DNA of 64,000 nucleotides from an uncultured delta proteobacterium (GCA_963695875.1 CAVOID010000004.1:160001-224000); one strand, 5' to 3'; shown: positions 9,514-19,396, numbered from the stretch's first letter. Numbers and translations: made by a program. Notes: generated from the sequence alone by a model not told the origin.

Positions 9514-11421
9514 ATGAAAAAGGAATCGGCAAGCATACCGTTGGTAATTCCTCCTGATTCTGCCAAAGCTGGAATGACAGAAGTTTCTGCGCCATCCGTT
9601 TCTGATACAGCCGGTGGTGTAACAATAGACTTCCATTCCGCCAAATTCAATCGTACAGACGATCTGAACGACATTTCCAGAAACTACCGATTCTTTGAGC
9701 CCCTCGATGGCATTATTACCGCAGACATGCGTCATCAGACGGAGCGCCTGCGCGAGGAGAGCTGCTTAGATTCTCCTGCACGTGATGCACCCATATCGAG
9801 AGAAAAAGAAATAAAGGTAAAAAGAGATGAGCCTGAGCCTATTGAAGATCTATCGTCTCTCACCGTGATATCTGAGGGCCGAACGTTGATCGTAGATACG
9901 GATGCCGCGCGCGCCGCCAAATGCGGCGAGATCCTCAGTAGAGAGCGGTTGACCTGCACCATGGTGGTAACAAAAAAGGCAGAGCAAGATGTGCCTCTTT
10001 CCTGGTTCAACCGGCCGGCGTTAATTGAGGCCGATGACGTATCTATTACCGGGGCCTTCGGCGGTTTTGCCGCAGTGGTGACCGTGAAGGGATATCAAAG
10101 GCACCTAACGGAACGATTTGATCTTGTCCTTGATCTTCAGCCCACTCCGTTCTTTGCGGGGAGACGCCTGCCTGTGGGGTATTACGCACCCGGGCAAAAC
10201 CCGGAGGATCTCCGTGATGTACTGGCGGAACTTCCCGAGATGAGAGGCCGATTTGAAAAGCCGCAATTTACGCTTTTTCAGAAAAGCCGCTGTCTTCATG
10301 GCAAGTCACGCAACCGTGATTGCCGCCGGTGTCTGGAGGTCTGTCCCTTTGGTGCGATCCAGACGGATGGTCGGGAAATTTCCGTCAATCATTACCTTTG
10401 TCAGGGCTGCTGCTGCTGCGCCCTCGTCTGCCCTGCGGACGCGATTTGTATGGTGCACCCGTCACAGGCGGAACTTCTAGACATCTTGCAACGCTCCCTT
10501 GAGAGCTGCAAGGCAAACGCTGTTTTCCCGCAGACCCTGGTTATCTCTGACTCGCAAAACGCCGAGGGCAACGGAAAGAATGACAGCGTAGTCAATTTCG
10601 AGGTGGAAGAAATCGGCTACGTAGGACTGGATGTAGTCCTGGCCGCCATCTCTTATGGCGCCCACAGGGTTGTGGTGGCCTGCGGACAGCAGAACCCGCC
10701 CAAGATCAGAGAGGCCGTGGCATGGCAGACACAAATGGCCCGCGCTATACTGAAGGGGCTCGACATGCCTGAAGGCAAGGTCAGGTTTGTCGTCATACCT
10801 CCAGAGGACGATGATTCTATAGAGGAGGTTTTAAGGATGGACGGTCCCGATGTGCAATTTAACAATTCTCCGATGCCACCCTTGGCAGCTTCTTCCGTGA
10901 ACGCCAGGCGGGCTCTTGTCCGCCTGGCCGTGCAGCATCTTTATGACAAATCCGGCGCTAAACGACCGTGGTTTGTCCTGCCGGCAGGTTCTCCGTTCGG
11001 CACAGTGGCCGTAGATCACAACACCTGTACGTTGTGCATGGCGTGTGCAACTGCCTGTCCTTCAGGGGCGCTAGCCGCAGGCGGTGATGTGCCGCGGCTT
11101 CTGTTTATCGAATCACGCTGCCATCAGTGCGGCCTTTGCGAGGAGACATGCCCTGAGCACGCGATTCAACTACAGACAAGGATGCTGTGTGACCCTGAAG
11201 CGCTTGAAGCCCGGGTAGTGCTGCATGAGGCCGATGCGTTCCGATGTATTAAATGCGATTCCCCTTTCGCCCCGAAAGCCATGGTAAACCGCATGCAAGA
11301 AAGACTCAAGGGCCACTGGATGTACACGAACGAACGGCAATTACGCCGGTTGCAGATGTGCCGCGTCTGCCGCACCCGTGATGCCCTCATGTCCGAGGAT
11401 ATGAAATCATGGAATCGGTAA
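9514..11421 (+). CDS. FDH-associated multi-[4Fe-4S] ferredoxin-like protein
   Basis: Several CxxCxxCxxxCP motifs (CRRCLEVCP, CTLCMACATACP, CHQCGLCEETCP); first gene of the fdh cluster. Confidence 0.85.
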   Translation: MKKESASIPLVIPPDSAKAGMTEVSAPSVSDTAGGVTIDFHSAKFNRTDDLNDISRNYRFFEPLDGIITADMRHQTERLREESCLDSPARDAPISREKEIKVKRDEPEPIEDLSSLTVISEGRTLIVDTDAARAAKCGEILSRERLTCTMVVTKKAEQDVPLSWFNRPALIEADDVSITGAFGGFAAVVTVKGYQRHLTERFDLVLDLQPTPFFAGRRLPVGYYAPGQNPEDLRDVLAELPEMRGRFEKPQFTLFQKSRCLHGKSRNRDCRRCLEVCPFGAIQTDGREISVNHYLCQGCCCCALVCPADAICMVHPSQAELLDILQRSLESCKANAVFPQTLVISDSQNAEGNGKNDSVVNFEVEEIGYVGLDVVLAAISYGAHRVVVACGQQNPPKIREAVAWQTQMARAILKGLDMPEGKVRFVVIPPEDDDSIEEVLRMDGPDVQFNNSPMPPLAASSVNARRALVRLAVQHLYDKSGAKRPWFVLPAGSPFGTVAVDHNTCTLCMACATACPSGALAAGGDVPRLLFIESRCHQCGLCEETCPEHAIQLQTRMLCDPEALEARVVLHEADAFRCIKCDSPFAPKAMVNRMQERLKGHWMYTNERQLRRLQMCRVCRTRDALMSEDMKSWNR

Positions 11422-12068
11422 TGAAAAATCCGGATGCTTCAGGATGGTTCGCCTCGCACGCGAACATCCGCACTGACATTTACGTTACACTGGCCGCGCT
11501 TCTGGTAAGTCCACCCTCGGAAGAACAACTGAGTGTGTTACGACACCTGGAATGGGATGAGGATATGTCTGGAAGGATGCTCAAAGCTTTCGGGACGCTG
11601 CGCCTTGCCAGCCGCGACTATCAGCCCGACGTTGTGAGAGACGAATATAACAGGCTCTTCGTAGGCCTGGGATGCGGCGAAGTCATTCCATACGCATCGT
11701 GGTACAGGGAAAGAATGATTCAGTCCCTGCCATTGGCGTCCTTGCGGTCCGACTTGTTTCGCCTGGGCATTGTAAGGAAGGCGGACAATCATGATTCGGA
11801 AGATCATGTCGGCGCGCTCTGTGAAATAATGGCGCTTATCTCCGAGAAGCAGAATAATGTGCCCTACGAAACGCAGGCGGGATTCTTCGATCGGCATGTA
11901 GCATCGTGGATGATGGCCTTCTTCAAGGACTTGGAGTCCGCAAAGAGTGCCAGATTTTACCGCGTGGTCGGCTCACTCGGCGGCTGCTTTCTCGAATCCG
12001 AAAAAGAATACCTGAAATACGGGGCAAACGCCCAAGTACATACAAAAACAAGGAGGAACTCAAGATGA
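11409..12068 (+). CDS. TorD/DmsD-family molybdoenzyme maturation chaperone
   Basis: EYNRLF.G, PYASWY and EDHVGALCEIM motifs. Confidence 0.9.
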   Translation: MESVMKNPDASGWFASHANIRTDIYVTLAALLVSPPSEEQLSVLRHLEWDEDMSGRMLKAFGTLRLASRDYQPDVVRDEYNRLFVGLGCGEVIPYASWYRERMIQSLPLASLRSDLFRLGIVRKADNHDSEDHVGALCEIMALISEKQNNVPYETQAGFFDRHVASWMMAFFKDLESAKSARFYRVVGSLGGCFLESEKEYLKYGANAQVHTKTRRNSR

Positions 12069-12262
12069 AAACGAAATTTACCGGTAGCCGACGGACATTT
12101 ATCAAGAGTGCAGCGATTCTTGCAGGATTTGCCGCATTGTTTGGCCGGGGCCGTCCGGTGGCAGCGACACCGACGCAACCTTTGGAGCAGAAGACTGAAT
12201 CCGGCCAGGGGTACCGATTAACGGAGCATGTGAAAAAGTATTACGAGACAGCAAGACTGTAG
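12065..12262 (+). CDS. Small Tat-signal formate dehydrogenase accessory subunit
   Basis: AGGAGG then ATG 12065; SRRTFIK Tat motif; C-terminal GYRLTEHVKKYYETARL typical of this family. Confidence 0.85.
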   Translation: MKTKFTGSRRTFIKSAAILAGFAALFGRGRPVAATPTQPLEQKTESGQGYRLTEHVKKYYETARL

Positions 12263-12294
12263 CGGGCCGACTCTGTGTTATGGAGGTATGACAC

Positions 12295-15183
12295 ATGAAA
12301 AAATTCAATAAAAAGTGGTTGCAAAAGATATCTTCCGAACCTGCCTCTCCTAAATACATGGACCGGAGGACGTTTATGAAGGTAAGCGGCGCGGCGCTGG
12401 GAAGCGGCGCCCTGATAGGGCTTCTGCCGTTATCCTGCATGCGGCAGGCCACGGTGGAGGAAAAGAGAAATTTCCCGAGACCGGAACTGCAGTCGGAATA
12501 CCGGCGGACGATCTGCACCCACTGCTCTGTCGGATGCGGCATCATCGCTGAACTTCAGAACGGCGTGTGGGTCGGCCAGGAGCCGGACTACGAGTCGCCT
12601 TTCAATCTCGGCGGCCATTGCGCCAAAGGGGCAGCGGCCCGAAGCCACGGTTTCGGCCACAGGCGCGTGAAGTTTCCCATGAAACTTGTCAACGGCGCCT
12701 GGACGCGCCTCTCCTGGGACGAGGCCATCAACGAGATCGGCGACAAACTCTTAAAGATCCGTCAGGAATCGGGACCGGACGCGCTTTTCTTCTGCGGGTC
12801 CTCCAAGGCAAGCAACGAGGGGGCCTATCTCCAGGGGAAATTCGCCGCCCTGTGGGGCACGAACAACGTGGACAACCAGGCGCGTATCTGCCATTCCACC
12901 ACCGTGGACGGCGTGGCAAACACCTGGGGCTACGGCGCCATGACCAATTCTTACAACGACATGCGAAACAGCAAGGCCATGCTGTTTCTTGGCAGCAATG
13001 CAGCCGAGGCCCACCCGGTGGCCATGCAGCAAATTCTCCGCGCCAAGGAGGGCGGATCGAAGATGATTGTCGTGGACCCCCGCTTCACCCGCACGGCGGC
13101 CCACGCAGACATTTACGCGAGGATCCGCTCCGGAACCGATATCCCCTTCATTTACGGTCTGCTCTGGCACATCTTCAAGAACGGATGGGAAGACAAGGAC
13201 TATATCGCAAGGCGGGTGTACGCCATGGACGACATCCGCAAGGAAGTGGAGAAATGGCCACCCGAAGAGGTTGAAAACGTCACCGGCATTCCTAAAGACA
13301 AGGTATATGAGATCGCCATGACCATGGCGAAAAACCGGCCGAGCACCATCGTCTGGTGCATGGGCGTTACCCAGCATCATATAGCCAGTCATACAGTGCG
13401 GCTGTTCTGTATCTTGCAGCTTGCCCTGGGGAACATCGGTATGTCAGGCGGCGGCGCCAATATCTTCCGCGGTCATGACAACGTCCAGGGGGCAACCGAC
13501 GTGGGGCCCAATTGCCACACTCTTTCGTGCTACTACGGCCTTGCCGAAGGCTCTTGGAAACACTGGGCCGAAGTTTGGGGCGTCGATTACGAATGGATTA
13601 AATCCCGCTTCGACATGAGCCGGCAATACGACGCGGGCGGGGGGAAAATGGCGTACACCATGAACATCCCCGGCATACCCGTTTCGCGCTGGATCGACGG
13701 TGTGATGGAGGACAAGAATAACCTCTCGCAGAAAGACAATATCCGCGCAGTTTTCTTCCAGGGCCATGCCTGCAACAGCCAGACGCGTGGGGTGCAGATG
13801 AAACAGGCGCTCGAAAAGCTGGATATGCTCGTGATCTCCGATCCCCATCCGACCCATATGGCCGTGATGAGCGACCGCAAGAACGACACCTATCTGCTGC
13901 CCACCGCGACCCAGTATGAGACCTACGGTACGGCCACTGCATCGAACCGAGCCCTGCAATGGCGCGACAAGATCATCGAACCGCTCTATGAATCCCTGCC
14001 GGACCATACCATTTTGTACAAGCTGGCAAGGAAGCTGGGCTTCGAAAAGGAGATGTTCAAGAACATCAAGGTCACGAATGACGAGCCTCTCATCGAAGAC
14101 GTCCTGCGCGAAATCAACCGTGGCGCCTGGACGATCGGATATACGGGACAGAGCCCGGAGCGCCTCAAACTGCACGCACAACACCGGGGCACCTTCAATC
14201 CCCTCACCTTGAAGGCCGAGGGCGGTCCCTGCAAGGGCGACTATTACGGTCTGCCCTGGCCCTGCTGGGGCAAACCGGAGATGAAGCATCCGGGTACCCC
14301 CATATTGTACGACCCCAGCAAACCCGTGGCGGAAGGCGGTCTGGTCTTTCGGGCTGCGTGGGGAACAGACTACAACGGTCAAAGCCTGCTGGCCGACGGC
14401 GTCTATTCAAAGGGCTCGGCTATCAAGGACGGCTATCCGGAATTTACTTCTGACATCCTCAAGAAGCTCGGCTGGTGGGATGAGCTGACGCCGGAGGAGA
14501 AGAAGGCGGCCGAGGGGAGAAACTGGAAGACGGATCTTTCGGGAGGCATCCAGCGGGTAGTCATCAAACACGGATGCGCTCCTTTCGGCAACGGCAGGGC
14601 CCGTTGCAACGTCTGGACATATCCCGATCCCATTCCCCTCCATCGCGAGCCGCTGTACACGCCCCGATTCGACCTGGTGAAGAAATATCCGACCTATCCG
14701 GACCGCAAGGCGTACTGGCGGCTGCCCACCCGCTACCAGTCGATTCAGTCGGTAAACCACAGCGCAAAATATCCTCTGATTTTCACGAGCGGCCGTCTGG
14801 TCGAATACGAAGGCGGCGGCGAGGAGGAGCGCTCCGATCCGTGGCTGGCCAAACTTCGGCCGGAGATGTTCGCCGAAATCAACCCCAAAGATGCGGCTGA
14901 TGCCGGTATTTTCGACGGCAGGTACATCTGGCTGGAAGGCGCCGAGGGCGGCAGGATCAAGGTGCGCGCCCTGGTCACCAAACGAGTGGGTCCCGGCACA
15001 GTCTTCACACCCTTCCATTTCGGCGGCTGGTTCCAGGGCAAGGATCTCTACGACCGCTACCCGGAAGGGACAGCCCCGTATGTTCGGGGCGAGGCATGCA
15101 ATACCGCCACCACCTACGGATACGATTCTGTGACCCAGATGCAGGAAACCAAAGCAACGCTCTGCCGGATAACGCCGGCATAA
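12295..15183 (+). CDS. fdhA: Periplasmic Mo/W-bisPGD formate dehydrogenase alpha subunit, Cys type
   Basis: DRRTFMK Tat signal; CTHCSVGC...C Fe-S motif; ARICHST (Cys ligand, His); RGHDNVQG. Confidence 0.93.
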   Translation: MKKFNKKWLQKISSEPASPKYMDRRTFMKVSGAALGSGALIGLLPLSCMRQATVEEKRNFPRPELQSEYRRTICTHCSVGCGIIAELQNGVWVGQEPDYESPFNLGGHCAKGAAARSHGFGHRRVKFPMKLVNGAWTRLSWDEAINEIGDKLLKIRQESGPDALFFCGSSKASNEGAYLQGKFAALWGTNNVDNQARICHSTTVDGVANTWGYGAMTNSYNDMRNSKAMLFLGSNAAEAHPVAMQQILRAKEGGSKMIVVDPRFTRTAAHADIYARIRSGTDIPFIYGLLWHIFKNGWEDKDYIARRVYAMDDIRKEVEKWPPEEVENVTGIPKDKVYEIAMTMAKNRPSTIVWCMGVTQHHIASHTVRLFCILQLALGNIGMSGGGANIFRGHDNVQGATDVGPNCHTLSCYYGLAEGSWKHWAEVWGVDYEWIKSRFDMSRQYDAGGGKMAYTMNIPGIPVSRWIDGVMEDKNNLSQKDNIRAVFFQGHACNSQTRGVQMKQALEKLDMLVISDPHPTHMAVMSDRKNDTYLLPTATQYETYGTATASNRALQWRDKIIEPLYESLPDHTILYKLARKLGFEKEMFKNIKVTNDEPLIEDVLREINRGAWTIGYTGQSPERLKLHAQHRGTFNPLTLKAEGGPCKGDYYGLPWPCWGKPEMKHPGTPILYDPSKPVAEGGLVFRAAWGTDYNGQSLLADGVYSKGSAIKDGYPEFTSDILKKLGWWDELTPEEKKAAEGRNWKTDLSGGIQRVVIKHGCAPFGNGRARCNVWTYPDPIPLHREPLYTPRFDLVKKYPTYPDRKAYWRLPTRYQSIQSVNHSAKYPLIFTSGRLVEYEGGGEEERSDPWLAKLRPEMFAEINPKDAADAGIFDGRYIWLEGAEGGRIKVRALVTKRVGPGTVFTPFHFGGWFQGKDLYDRYPEGTAPYVRGEACNTATTYGYDSVTQMQETKATLCRITPA

Positions 15184-15198
15184 AGAAGGAGGCGAATC

Positions 15199-15808
15199 AT
15201 GGCAAGGATGAAATTTCTCTGTGACACCGAACGCTGCATTGATTGCAATGCTTGCGTGACGGCGTGCAATAATGAACACGATGTCCCCTGGGGCATCAAC
15301 CGTCGGCACGTGGTAACCCTGAATGACGGCGAGAGCGGTGAAAAGTCCATTTCCGTGGCCTGCATGCACTGCACGGATGCACCGTGTGCGGCCGTCTGTC
15401 CCGTCGATTGTTTCTACTCTACCCCTGACGGCATCGTGCTGCACGACAAGGACCTGTGCATCGGCTGCGGCTATTGCTTCTACGCCTGTCCGTTCGGCGC
15501 ACCGCAGTTCCCGGAAGAGAACTCCTTCGCTGCCCGCGGCAAGATGGACAAGTGCACCTTCTGCGCTGGTGGGCCTTTGCCGGACAGGTCTGTCGAAGAA
15601 TACAAGCTGTACGGACGCAACCGGATTGCCGAGGGCAAACTGCCTCTGTGCGCGGAGATGTGCGCCACCAAGGCCCTCCTGGGCGGAGACGGCGATGTCG
15701 TTTCCGACATCTACATCCAGCGCGTGATCAAGCGGGGCGGCAGGCCTGATACCTGGGGATGGGGTACGGCTTACAATTTCAAGTCCGAGAAGGAGAAGAA
15801 GTCCATGA
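15199..15808 (+). CDS. fdhB: Formate dehydrogenase beta (Fe-S) subunit; stop codon probably lost to a 1-nt insertion
   Basis: Four Fe-S motifs (CIDCNACVTAC, CMHCTDAPC, CIGCGYCFYACP, KCTFC...C); ends GWGTAY as homologs do. Confidence 0.9.
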
Positions 15809-15993
15809 AACGCATCTTGTTTATGTTGACTGCATTAGCCGTTCTTGCGGGGCTTGTCGGATGTTCTTCCGAGCCCCGGAACGTAACCATGCACGAGCCC
15901 GGAGTTTACAAGGGCGCGAAGGATCCCCTGCTGGCATTAAAGAATCAGCAGGAGTTGATCGATCGCCTCAAGCTGGTGCAAACCGATCGCTGA
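15805..15993 (+). CDS. Small lipoprotein of the fdh cluster
   Basis: Own SD AAGGAG; MKRILFMLTALAVLAGLVG-C lipobox; appears in frame with fdhB in this sequence. Confidence 0.7.
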   Translation: MKRILFMLTALAVLAGLVGCSSEPRNVTMHEPGVYKGAKDPLLALKNQQELIDRLKLVQTDR

Positions 15994-16008
15994 TCAGAGG
16001 AGGAGTTT

Positions 16009-17013
16009 ATGGCAACGCAAACCATAAAACGGACCGTCGGCTTATTTGTTCTGGGCACGCTGCTTCTTCTCCTGATGAGCGGGATTCTTTACTGGCAGGC
16101 CATCGGCGCCGATGTCAGCAATCCGCGGGCCAACTTCTGGCGCGTGGTCAGGGAAGGTATTCCCGGGATTCACGAAGGTTTCAACCGCCGGCCATAAGAT
16201 CTTGATCCTGAACGGCGGTGAGAACTGGCGCGAGATTCGCAACAGCTTCCTCATGCGCGTTCTCCCAGTGGATCATCACCATGGCACTGGTGGTCATGGG
16301 CCTGTTCTACATGCGTGTTGGTCAGGACAAACTGGAGAAACCGCGGTCCGGGGTGAAGATTGAGCGCTATCACCCGTGGGAGCGGATTCTGCACTGGTAT
16401 ACAGCCGTGCTGTTCGTAATCATGGCCATCACCGGGCTGAGCCTTCTCCTGGGGCGGACTCACTCTGATACCGAGTTTTTGGCCACTCGGCCGATCTCGG
16501 TGTACCTGCAGGCGTCAAAGGTGCTGCACAATTATTGCGGGCCCCTGCTTCTCGTCGGAATCTTTTTGGAATTCATTATCTGGGTTCGCTACAACATCCC
16601 CAAGAAGATGGATCTGGACTGGTTTAAGAACATGGGCGGCCTGCTCGGCAGTGGACCCCGGCCCCATACGGGTAAGGTCAATGGCGGCGAGAAGGGATGG
16701 TTCTGGCTTATGGCCATTTTCGGGATCGCTGTGGGGGTGACCGGCGTACTGCTTGATTTCCCCATCTGGGGGCAGACCCGCTTCACCATGCAGATCTCCC
16801 ACGTCGATTCACGCCTCGATGGCGGTACTGTTCGTCACCGTCTCCTTCGGCCATATTTACATGGGAACCTGGGCGTCGAGGGCGTCTTTGAGGGCATGTG
16901 GACCGGTTACGTCGATGCCGGTCTGGGCTCAGCAGCACAGCGACCTGTGGTATGAAGAAAAGATGCGGGAGAAGGGAGAAAAACCTGCTTCCTTCCCGGA
17001 GGCTTCATCATGA
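16009..17013 (+). CDS. fdhC: Formate dehydrogenase gamma (cytochrome b) subunit, interrupted by multiple 1-nt indels
   Basis: Fragments in three frames join into FdnI-like sequence: ERILHW, KVLHNYCG, GKVNGGEK, GHIYMGT, MWTGYVD, WAQQHSDLW. Confidence 0.85.
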
Positions 17014-17675
17014 CTATGGAATTTGGACTCCTGTTACTCGAATCCGTGCTGTTAGTTGCTACTGTCATACTGCTGGTCTACGGCATTCACGAGGGAAAGC
17101 GAAGAGACGACCTGCTCAGGGAAGTCGGAAGGGCTACGAAGGTCCTCACGCGGCAGGAATACTTCTTCTCCATCATGAACGCGATGCTTGATGCGAAACA
17201 GGAAATAATCGGATGCATTACCGGCACACCTCCGTCAGGTGATGATATGAAGATGACAAGACATATTGCCGATGCTATCGAGGACATGACCAGAAAAGGG
17301 GTGAGCATCAAGTACCTTCTACCGAAGTTCCCTGACCGGCTGCAGATCGGTGTTCAATATACGAAAGCGGGAGCTGAGGTCCGCTTCAGCAGTTGTCTCA
17401 TGGTCCATAGTATCCGTTATATTGTTGTTGATGAGAAAATTGTGGTGATTGGCATTCCGGAAAGTGTAGGTGAAAGGGAAGCGACGAAAAAGGGATATAC
17501 GATACCATCCGAGGGACTCGCTGTTGTCCTGAAGAATTATTTTAATGATTGTGAAAAACAGACGAGTCTGAAAGAATATCTGTCGGAAGTAATCGAGCAG
17601 ACCGGTGCGACAGTCGAACATCTGGCAAGGGAGTTCCATTTGGATGAAAAGGAACTGAAGAAACTTCTTCAATGA
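17010..17675 (+). CDS. Membrane-anchored hypothetical protein with PLD/TrmB-like domain and possible C-terminal HTH
   Basis: N-terminal TM helix; AKQEI...RKGVSIKYLL...GAEVRF...RYIVVDEKIVVIG pattern; ATGA overlap with fdhC. Confidence 0.6.
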   Translation: MTMEFGLLLLESVLLVATVILLVYGIHEGKRRDDLLREVGRATKVLTRQEYFFSIMNAMLDAKQEIIGCITGTPPSGDDMKMTRHIADAIEDMTRKGVSIKYLLPKFPDRLQIGVQYTKAGAEVRFSSCLMVHSIRYIVVDEKIVVIGIPESVGEREATKKGYTIPSEGLAVVLKNYFNDCEKQTSLKEYLSEVIEQTGATVEHLAREFHLDEKELKKLLQ

Positions 17676-17812
17676 GAAAATCATGCGTCGCAGTGAGCCT
17701 CCATTAATATTCATAACAGATCATACGGCCCACTAGGAATTCCAAATAAAACCATACGCAATAAATTGCGGCTTGCGAGAAGCCGCAAATTCCTTGATTG
17801 GAGAGTGCGCTT

Positions 17813-18202
17813 ATGAATTGGCTCGAAAAGTACGCGGACCACGCTTACGCCATGTTGCGCATCATGGCGGGATTCATGTTCTCGTTCCACGGTGCCCAGA
17901 AAATTCTGGGGGTGCTTTCCGAATTCCAACCACCGGTGGGGTCCCAACTCTGGATCGGCGGAATCATCGAACTCTTGGGTGGGCTGGCGGTGATGCTTGG
18001 ATTTAAAGCGCACGTGGCGGCTTTTCTCTGCAGCGGCATGATGGCCGTGGCTTATTTCCAATTCCACTGGAAGTTCCAAATCGGACCCAATTTCTTTCCG
18101 GCAATTAACAAAGGCGAGTTGGCCGTTCTCTACTGTTTTGTTTTCCTCTACATTGCCTGTCGAGGCGGGGTGAAATGGAGCCTGGACAAAAAGGACCAAT
18201 AA
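17813..18202 (+). CDS. DoxX family membrane protein
   Basis: LRIMAGFMFSFHGAQK...GIIELLGG...AAFLCSG.MAVAYF...GELAVLY. Confidence 0.9.
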   Translation: MNWLEKYADHAYAMLRIMAGFMFSFHGAQKILGVLSEFQPPVGSQLWIGGIIELLGGLAVMLGFKAHVAAFLCSGMMAVAYFQFHWKFQIGPNFFPAINKGELAVLYCFVFLYIACRGGVKWSLDKKDQ

Positions 18203-18518
18203 CTTATAAAAACAACTTGCATCACTTTTACCTCGTTCTTCCCGTTATTTACAAGTCTAGAGGTAATGAAGTTATCCAAGCTTTCTCCTGTAATGATCAC
18301 CTCTATCGAGACCCTGAATATTCCTGGGATGGCTGCATTCAGTCATAACGCTTCATGGACAATTGGTCTGTCTGAATTGTGCATGAATTGTGATCTAAAA
18401 GGTCTTTATGATGGCCAATCGACTAAAAGTGATTTCATTTATCAATAGGACAGTTGTTCTGATACATCCCTTTGATGATCACCAGAATCAGACTTCACAT
18501 TTTGCGATAATTTTTCCA

Positions 18519-18547
18519 TTGACACACAAGACCGTTTTTCTTATACT
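18519..18547 (+). promoter_or_regulatory. sigma70-type promoter
   Basis: TTGACA-17 nt-TATACT upstream of ORF 18678. Confidence 0.6.
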
Positions 18548-18677
18548 ATGTCCATGAAAAAGGAAGTTTTTATCAAAAAACAAAATCAAATTTTCAATGG
18601 CAATCCAACACATCATTTTGATATAATCTTAAACTCGAAATCGGGTGGGTAAAAATAATAAGGCTAAGGAGGAAAGT

Positions 18678-19163
18678 ATGAAAAAGGTAACAATATGGAT
18701 TGTGGTCGTAGCAGCGACTTTAATGTTGAATATGATGTTTGCGCAAACATCATTTGCTCAGGCATCGCAGGCGGCAGGGTCCAACGTATCAAGGGGTGCC
18801 TGGAGTTTGGGAGTTCCAGGATTTGATGTCTTCACAGGATTTACGGGACTGGAAGCGATAGTGGTCGAACCTGGTACGGTAAAGAAAATTGAGCCGATGG
18901 CCGGTGTGAAAGACGGTCTGCAGATGAAATTTGTGACAGATCAGGGCAACAACTATGTCGTCTATATGGGACCCAAGTGGTTCATTGAAAATCAGAAGAT
19001 TAAATTTATGGCCGGCGACAAGGTTGAAGTAAGGGGTAAGAAGTATGGTAGCGGTATCATTGCCTCGGAAATAAGCAAAGGCGATTGGACCATGAAACTT
19101 CGCAACGAGGAAGATGGTATGCCAAGTTGGGAATGCTGCTTCCCCCGATCAGTAAAAAAATAA
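18678..19163 (+). CDS. Exported OB-fold protein (MamS/MamX-like domain)
   Basis: AAGGAGG then ATG; signal peptide; VYMGPKWF...GDKVEVRG...LR...G.P.W pattern. Confidence 0.55.
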   Translation: MKKVTIWIVVVAATLMLNMMFAQTSFAQASQAAGSNVSRGAWSLGVPGFDVFTGFTGLEAIVVEPGTVKKIEPMAGVKDGLQMKFVTDQGNNYVVYMGPKWFIENQKIKFMAGDKVEVRGKKYGSGIIASEISKGDWTMKLRNEEDGMPSWECCFPRSVKK

Positions 19164-19288
19164 TAAACAAGCGACCCACGACCCACCCAATTTTTGAGCT
19201 GGCTCAATGTATTATAATAAAGGAGTTTTAGACATACTAATTGTAAAATATTTTACCCCGTAAGAATAATGAGGTTGATGATGTTGTA

Positions 19289-19396
19289 TTCTCTGCAGCT
19301 GATAATGTTTCAAGTATCACAGTGCAGGAACTGAAGGTTAAGATGGATAAAGGTGAGGAACTGGTGATTCTTGATATCCGGGCGGCGCTTTTCTAA
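19289..19396 (+). pseudogene. Rhodanese-domain gene fragment
   Basis: Reads FSAADNVSSITVQELKVKMDKGEELVILDIRAALF*, the N-terminal rhodanese motif, with no start codon and no catalytic loop. Confidence 0.6.

Noticed and set aside
12567..15444. Long alternative-frame and antisense ORFs over fdhA (for example 13444-14382 and 14407-15444)
   Set aside because: Expected shadows of a GC-rich coding strand; no recognisable motifs
15199..15993. Novel FdhB-lipoprotein fusion
   Set aside because: The tail has its own SD and lipoprotein signal. Deleting one C in aagtccatga gives AAG TCA TGA, a standard ATGA stop/start overlap, and the site is next to an indel-rich stretch, so it is probably an artefact
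17711..18210. DoxX as an integron cassette (TAAC sites and a hairpin at 17766-17788)
   Set aside because: No convincing paired attC R''/R' boxes and no integron integrase; the hairpin may be a simple terminator-like stem
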